Origin: Pseudomonadota bacterium
GTDB lineage: Bacteria > Pseudomonadota > Alphaproteobacteria > Sphingomonadales > Sphingomonadaceae
Length of the DNA: 64,000 bases
Assembly (NCBI GenBank): GCA_023424095.1
Contig: JAFAEG010000030.1
Location: 6,674 to 70,673 of the forward strand
Direction: 5' to 3'
Made by a program: the position numbers and the translations under genes. This document shows, piece by piece, positions 59,161-64,000 of this stretch; the stretch's first letter is position 1; each line of letters starts with the position of its first letter. Below the pieces are notes generated by a model. That model did not search any database and was not told the DNA's origin. It saw nothing but the letters and a program-made list of their open reading frames with translations.

Positions 59161-61039
59161 GCCGACGGAGCGAGCGCTCCAGCATCAGCAATTGCCAGAG
59201 CAGGCGGCCATGATCGCTTCGGCCGCGACGGTGATCCTCCGCCAGGCGGGCGATGGCGGCCGGATCGAACCAGCCGAGCGTCGAAAGCGCCGAACCTTGT
59301 GCGATGCCGGCCGCCTCCCCAGCCAGAGGGCCGCGGAACCAGGCGCTGACCGGCGTCACGAAGCCCATCTTCTTGCGATAGAGGATGTCGTCGGGGAGCC
59401 GGCCTTCCAGCGACTTTTTGAGCAGATATTTGCCCTCCCCCCGGCGCAGTCGGAGGTTGGCCGGGAGCGAGGCGGCGAACTGGACGAGGCGATGGTCGAG
59501 CAAAGGCTCGCGCGCCTCCAGGCTGACCGCCATGCTGGTGCGATCGACCTTGGTCAGGATGTCGCCGGGCAGCCAGATCTTCAGGTCCGCATATTGGGCG
59601 CGGCTGAGCGCGTCGGTCGCCGGGGCCTCATCCATCGCCTTGACGTAGCGATCCTCGGCGCGGTGGCCGCTCAGCAGGCGTTTGAAGTCCGCATTGTAAA
59701 TACCTGATCTGACATGGGGCGCACACGCGCCGACCGCTTCGGCATAGGCTTCACCGCTCGATTTGCCGAGCGCCTGCAAGGTCGTCTTGGCGCGCAGCGG
59801 CTGGGGCGCCCAGTCGAGCTTGGGGTAGAGATCGCCGGCCTTGCCCAGTCCCCGCCGAACGAAGCGCGGCAGGCGCGAGCGAGCGCGCTCCTCGGCCATG
59901 AACAGGCGGTAGCGGCGGTAGCCGGCGAACGCCTCGTCCGCGCCGTCGCCGGAAAGCGCGACGGTGACCTGCTCGCGGGCCAAAGCGCAGACCTGATAGG
60001 TGGCGAGGGCTGAGGCGTCGGCGAAAGGCTCGTCGAAGGCGTCGGCGAGCGTGTCGATCAGCGGGAAATCGTCGGAGGCGACGATGCGGGTGCGGTGATC
60101 GGTGTGAAAGCGGTCGGCGACCATCTGCGCATAGCGTGTCTCGTCATGGTCGGCCTCGTCGAAGCCGATCGAGCAGGTGCGCACGGCCTGCTTGCTGGCG
60201 TCGGCCATGAAGGCGACCACGGCCGAGCTGTCCACACCGCCGGAGAGAAAGGCGCCCAGCGGCACGTCGGCGACCATGCGCGAGCGGACGGCGTCGCGGA
60301 GGCGATCGATCAGTTCTTCGCGCAGGCCCGCTTCGGAACGCGCCTCGCCGGGGGTGAAATCTACGTCCCACCATTGCACCGGCCGCGGCATCGGCTTGCC
60401 GCGCTCGAGCATGAGGAAATGACCGGCAGGGAGCTTCTTCACGCCATCGAAGATCGAGGTGTCGTCGGGGACGTAGCCGTAAGCCAGATAATCCTCGACC
60501 GCCTGCGGGCTGATGTCGGCGCGGAAGCGCGGATGGGCGCGCAGGGCCTTCAGTTCCGATGCGAAGAGCAAGGCGCCGTCGCCCAGCTCGCAATAGAAAA
60601 GCGGCTTCACGCCCAACCGGTCGCGGGCGAGGAACAAGGCGTCGCGGGCGGCATCGTAGATCGCGAAGGCGAACATGCCGTTCAGCCGGTCGAGACAGGC
60701 TGGGCCCCATTCGCGATAGGCGGCCAGGATCGTCTCGGTATCGCCCGCGGTCTGGAAGACATGGCCCTTGGCGGCCAGCTCGTCGCGAACGTCCTGATAA
60801 TTATAGACTTCGCCATTGTAGGTGATGACGACGCGGCGGTCCGCGCTCGCCATCGGCTGGGCGCCGCCTTCCAGATCGATGATCGAGAGGCGCCGATGGC
60901 CGAGGCCGACGCCCGGCGCGGTCCACACGCCGCTGCCGTCCGGACCGCGATGCGCGAGCGTGTCCGCCATCGCCGCGACCCGATCTGGATCGACGGGCTT
61001 GGGGACGTCGAGGTGAAAGATACCGGCAATGCCGCACAT
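59093..61039 (-). CDS. Asparagine synthase (glutamine-hydrolysing), exosortase-A-locus type
   Basis: MCGIAGIF Ntn-Cys and a SGGVDSS PP-loop. It is directly downstream of exosortase A, as in PEP-CTERM loci. Confidence 0.88.
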   Translation of the reverse strand: MCGIAGIFHLDVPKPVDPDRVAAMADTLAHRGPDGSGVWTAPGVGLGHRRLSIIDLEGGAQPMASADRRVVITYNGEVYNYQDVRDELAAKGHVFQTAGDTETILAAYREWGPACLDRLNGMFAFAIYDAARDALFLARDRLGVKPLFYCELGDGALLFASELKALRAHPRFRADISPQAVEDYLAYGYVPDDTSIFDGVKKLPAGHFLMLERGKPMPRPVQWWDVDFTPGEARSEAGLREELIDRLRDAVRSRMVADVPLGAFLSGGVDSSAVVAFMADASKQAVRTCSIGFDEADHDETRYAQMVADRFHTDHRTRIVASDDFPLIDTLADAFDEPFADASALATYQVCALAREQVTVALSGDGADEAFAGYRRYRLFMAEERARSRLPRFVRRGLGKAGDLYPKLDWAPQPLRAKTTLQALGKSSGEAYAEAVGACAPHVRSGIYNADFKRLLSGHRAEDRYVKAMDEAPATDALSRAQYADLKIWLPGDILTKVDRTSMAVSLEAREPLLDHRLVQFAASLPANLRLRRGEGKYLLKKSLEGRLPDDILYRKKMGFVTPVSAWFRGPLAGEAAGIAQGSALSTLGWFDPAAIARLAEDHRRGRSDHGRLLWQLLMLERSLRRLTGSSAAPNSAPRQNKVRLAAH

Positions 61040-61042
61040 GGC

Positions 61043-62581
61043 TCAGCCGCCCAGACGATCGACGAAGGCGTCGACCGGGCCGATTGCGGCCAGGAAGCCG
61101 TCAATCGCCTCACGAGGGCTCGCGCCGCCCGGCTGCGGGCCGGCAGACACCAGAACCGCCACCGCGCGCTGCGGTCCGCCGATCAGCCTCACCTTCATCG
61201 TTTCCAGTTTCACCCGTGCCGCGCTCCCGGTGAGGATATCGCCGACCCGGTAGAAGCTGACAACCTCGCGGGACTCGCCGTGGCTCGCCAGCCGCTCGGC
61301 CCGTCCGTCCGGCGGCGCGGTCGCATCGGCGGTCCAGGCCCAGTCCGAGCCCGGCCCGACCGCGCCCTGGCCGAAGCCGGTCAGCTTGCGGCTCTCGTCC
61401 TGCGCCGCGAACCAGGCGATGACGAGGGTGATTTCGCGGCCCTGCGCATCGCGATAATGCGCGGTCTCGAGCCGGTCGGCGCCGGCAAAATGGGGGGCCC
61501 AGGGGCGGCCCAAGCTGCTCGGGGCGCGTTCCCAGCCCTGCACGGCAGGCATGGCGAGCGCCGCGGGGGCCTCCGCGTGACCGGTTGCGGCGATCGCGCT
61601 GGCCCAGAGCAATGGCGCGGCGGCGACCGCCACGGCCAGCCCTGCCCCACGCCAGACGCGCGGCTCCGGATCGGCGTCGACCCCGGCCGGCTGCAGCGCG
61701 CGCGGATCGAACCAGGGGTCGTTCACCTTGCGATCGAAGAAGCGCCAGGCGACGCCCATGATCAGGGCGATGACGACCGCGAAGAAGGCGCCGCCATAGA
61801 TGACATGATCCATGCCGCTGGCGAATTCGACGCCGCTGCCCTCGGCGATGTAGATCGTCCCGAAGGCACGGATGCCGTTGGCCAACACTGGCACGATCGC
61901 GCAGGCGGCGAGGAAAAGGATGCGCCTTTGCCACGAGCGGAAGCAGACATTGGCGACCAGAGCGCCGAGCGCCGCCATCGCCACCAGGAATTTCACCCCG
62001 GCACAGGCCTCCGCCACTTCGAAATAACCGACCGGCGTGGTGATGAAGACGCCCTCGAGATGGGCCGGCACGCCGAACAGGTTCAGCAGGGCCATGGCGA
62101 GCTCGGCCGTCACGGTCTGCATGAAGGGCACGAATTCGTCGCCGAACGGGATGGCGAACAGCGCGAAGAAAATCGGGAAGGTGAGGCCCCGCGAAACGGC
62201 CTTGCCGAGCAGGGTGATCGCTGCGCCCTGCAGCATCAGCACGAGGCCGGCGTGGCGGGCGAGCGAAATGCCGCCGGCATAGCCGAGCAGCCAGCCGAAC
62301 GCCCCGGCCGCGACGAGCAGGAGACCCGGAAGCCAGATTCTGGGCGTCATCAGCGCCAGTTCGGCGCGACGTTGCCAGGCAAGCCAGCCGACCAGCGGCG
62401 GGATCAGGATGCAATGATTGTAGGTGGAACTGTTCCACCAGATGCCGACCATGTCCGCCGCATCGCGCCAGAACAAAGCCAGGATCGCGGCCGCGGCGAC
62501 GCCGAGGGCAATCAGCTGGCGCTGCCACACGGTGGCGGCGAGCGCGGGCGGATCGACGGTCACGGCGGCGCTAGTGCTCAT
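61043..62581 (-). CDS. xrtA: Exosortase A (XrtA) fused to an EpsI-like domain
   Basis: Polytopic ORF with WNSSTYNHCILIP, FEVAEACAGVKFL (catalytic Cys), ANGIRA and DHVIYGG motifs. The soluble C-terminal ~200 aa resemble EpsI. Confidence 0.8.
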   Translation of the reverse strand: MSTSAAVTVDPPALAATVWQRQLIALGVAAAAILALFWRDAADMVGIWWNSSTYNHCILIPPLVGWLAWQRRAELALMTPRIWLPGLLLVAAGAFGWLLGYAGGISLARHAGLVLMLQGAAITLLGKAVSRGLTFPIFFALFAIPFGDEFVPFMQTVTAELAMALLNLFGVPAHLEGVFITTPVGYFEVAEACAGVKFLVAMAALGALVANVCFRSWQRRILFLAACAIVPVLANGIRAFGTIYIAEGSGVEFASGMDHVIYGGAFFAVVIALIMGVAWRFFDRKVNDPWFDPRALQPAGVDADPEPRVWRGAGLAVAVAAAPLLWASAIAATGHAEAPAALAMPAVQGWERAPSSLGRPWAPHFAGADRLETAHYRDAQGREITLVIAWFAAQDESRKLTGFGQGAVGPGSDWAWTADATAPPDGRAERLASHGESREVVSFYRVGDILTGSAARVKLETMKVRLIGGPQRAVAVLVSAGPQPGGASPREAIDGFLAAIGPVDAFVDRLGG

Positions 62582-63783
62582 GCCGCTTTCGCCTCGGTCG
62601 AGGGGAAAAGAAGATCCGCCAGAGGCGCCAGTCGGGCCTCCCAGCGATAGTGTGCGGTCACCAGCGCCCGGGCGTCGGCGCCGAGACGGGCGGAGCGATC
62701 CCGGTCTTCCAGGAGGTCGCGAATGGCGGCGGCGAAGGCTTCGGCGCTGTCCGCGACGATCAGGTCGCGGCCGGGCTCGGCTTCGATCCCTTCGAAGGCG
62801 GCGGGTGTGGCGACGACCGGCTTGGCCATGGCCATCGCCTCCAGCACCTTGTTCTGCACGCCGCGCGCGATGCGGAGCGGGGCGACAATGACGTCAGCCG
62901 CCGCGAGCCAACTGCGCATGTCGGCGACGCCGCCGGTGACGGTGACGTGCGGGCCGGCCAGCGTCTGCACCTCGGCGTCGGGATTGCGGCCGGCGATGAC
63001 GAAATGCGCGCTTGGAAGCTGCGGCAGCACCTCGCGTGCGAACCAGGCGACGGCGTCGATATTGGGGCGATAGTCCATCTGGCCGGTGAACAGCAGGAGC
63101 GACCCCTGCCCGCGCTCAGCCGCGCCCAATGGGGCGAAGCCAGCCGAAGGGTCGAAGAAATCGCTGTCGATGCCGTTGCCGAGCGCGTGGATGCGCGGAA
63201 GGCCGGTGCGCGCGCGGAACAGGGCTGCCTCCGCCTCGCTGACGAACAGGCTGGCACCGGCGCGCGCCGCGACCTCGCGTTCATAGGCGAACAGCTTGTT
63301 CGCCTCACGCGCATAGACGGCGCGCATCGGCCCGCGCCCCTCGGCGGCGTAGGAGGCGAATTTCTCCGAATCCATGTCGACAAAGTCCATCACGACGCGC
63401 GCCTGCGCTTCGGCGGGGACGAACTGCGCCATCTGGCTGGAGAAGATGTAGACCGCGTCCACGCCCGGCAGCCTGGCCGAAACGAAGCGGCGCATTTCCG
63501 CGCTGTCGAACAGGGTCAGCGAGAGCGGCTTGCCCGAGGACAAGGCCGCGAGCCCCGCCTTCGCCTTGCCGATGCGCCGGACCTCGACATAAGCCTCGCC
63601 AAGCTCGGGCAGCGCGTCGCGCAAGGCGGCCAGATGCGCCGCATCCGCCGCGTCATCGGCAAAGCAGGCGAGATGGACTTTGCCGAGCTTGGTGAGCGCC
63701 TTCAGCACTTGCCACGAGCGGATCTTGTCGCCGCGGTCCGGCGGAAACGGGATGCGGTGGGCGAGGAAAAGAATGTCCGGCAT
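62578..63783 (-). CDS. GT-B glycosyltransferase, PEP-CTERM/exosortase A-associated
   Basis: The N-terminus MPDILFLAHRIPFPPDRGDKIRSW is typical of this locus-specific sugar transferase. It overlaps both neighbours by 4 nt or less. Confidence 0.8.
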   Translation of the reverse strand: MPDILFLAHRIPFPPDRGDKIRSWQVLKALTKLGKVHLACFADDAADAAHLAALRDALPELGEAYVEVRRIGKAKAGLAALSSGKPLSLTLFDSAEMRRFVSARLPGVDAVYIFSSQMAQFVPAEAQARVVMDFVDMDSEKFASYAAEGRGPMRAVYAREANKLFAYEREVAARAGASLFVSEAEAALFRARTGLPRIHALGNGIDSDFFDPSAGFAPLGAAERGQGSLLLFTGQMDYRPNIDAVAWFAREVLPQLPSAHFVIAGRNPDAEVQTLAGPHVTVTGGVADMRSWLAAADVIVAPLRIARGVQNKVLEAMAMAKPVVATPAAFEGIEAEPGRDLIVADSAEAFAAAIRDLLEDRDRSARLGADARALVTAHYRWEARLAPLADLLFPSTEAKAA

Positions 63784-64000
63784 CAGCCGAGTCCGCGCGA
63801 CAGGATCGGGCCGATGCGGTTGGCGGCCCAGAGGGGCAATTTCTTCCAGGCCGCGACCTGCAGCCGGTATTTCGGGCTCAACGGGTTGATCTCGCGATGC
63901 GCGCCCCAGCTGGCATAGACCAGAGGCTGCGGCTCGAAGCCCCAATTCTTCTTGAAGGCGAAGGCGCCGGTGCCGAGCTTGGAGCGGCCGAAATCGAAGC
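63783..64000 (-). CDS. FemAB-like acyltransferase, PEP-CTERM locus type (partial C-terminus)
   Basis: My own translation of the minus strand gives ..FDFGRSKLGTGAFAFKKNWGFEPQPLVYASWG..ILSRGLG*. The stop overlaps the next start (ATGA). The 5' part lies outside the window. Confidence 0.55.
   Translation of the reverse strand, partial: FDFGRSKLGTGAFAFKKNWGFEPQPLVYASWGAHREINPLSPKYRLQVAAWKKLPLWAANRIGPILSRGLG

Noticed and set aside
59093-61039. Asn-synthetase homologue as the missing lasso cyclase for the 40-46 kb cluster.
   Set aside because: It is 13 kb away, 648 aa long with an intact glutaminase Cys2, and embedded in the exosortase A operon with overlapping neighbours. It fits the PEP-CTERM-associated amidotransferase instead.
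60095-62650. 851-aa plus-strand ORF, the longest in the window apart from alaS.
   Set aside because: It lies entirely opposite the Asn-synthase and exosortase genes, whose motifs are unambiguous. It is a shadow ORF. The same applies to 4469..5734 +, 25927..27714 +, 46675..48465 +, 49095..50597 -, 42835..44034 - and 44217..45260 -.

Overview
High-GC alphaproteobacterial chromosome segment. The gene order (ntrYX-hfq-hflX, chvIG-hprK-rapZ-EIIA-HPr beside pckA, tmk-holB-metG) and a tandem two-domain Hfq suggest a sphingomonad; this is inference only. I support about 60 CDS, one tRNA-Ser(UGA), two copies of a MITE-like inverted-repeat element and a few intrinsic terminators. I saw no CRISPR array, IS element or prophage. 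Most of the window is housekeeping: alaS, ettA, lipA, ispDF, metG, tmk, holB, pckA, def, fmt, recR, truA, rmuC. The 3' end enters an exosortase A (PEP-CTERM) polysaccharide locus. The stand-out is a compact accessory cluster at about 40.6-46.6 kb that looks like an uncharacterised RiPP-type peptide-modification system. On one strand it has a 60-aa leader-peptide-like ORF, a PqqD(RRE)-fused HprK-type kinase and a PF14907-like nucleotidyltransferase. These diverge across an AT-rich spacer from a translationally coupled radical-SAM enzyme and TPR-sulfotransferase, and a stand-alone PqqD chaperone lies nearby. No lasso cyclase or protease is present, although such kinase/nucleotidyltransferase pairs are otherwise found with them. 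Secondary observations are an internally duplicated hfq, three tandem L,D-transpeptidase paralogues, low-GC mosaic patches inside alaS and ntrY, a LexA-box-like direct repeat upstream of an ABC-F gene, and a low-GC dioxygenase gene next to tRNA-Ser. All family assignments come from motif recognition by eye; no database search was run.
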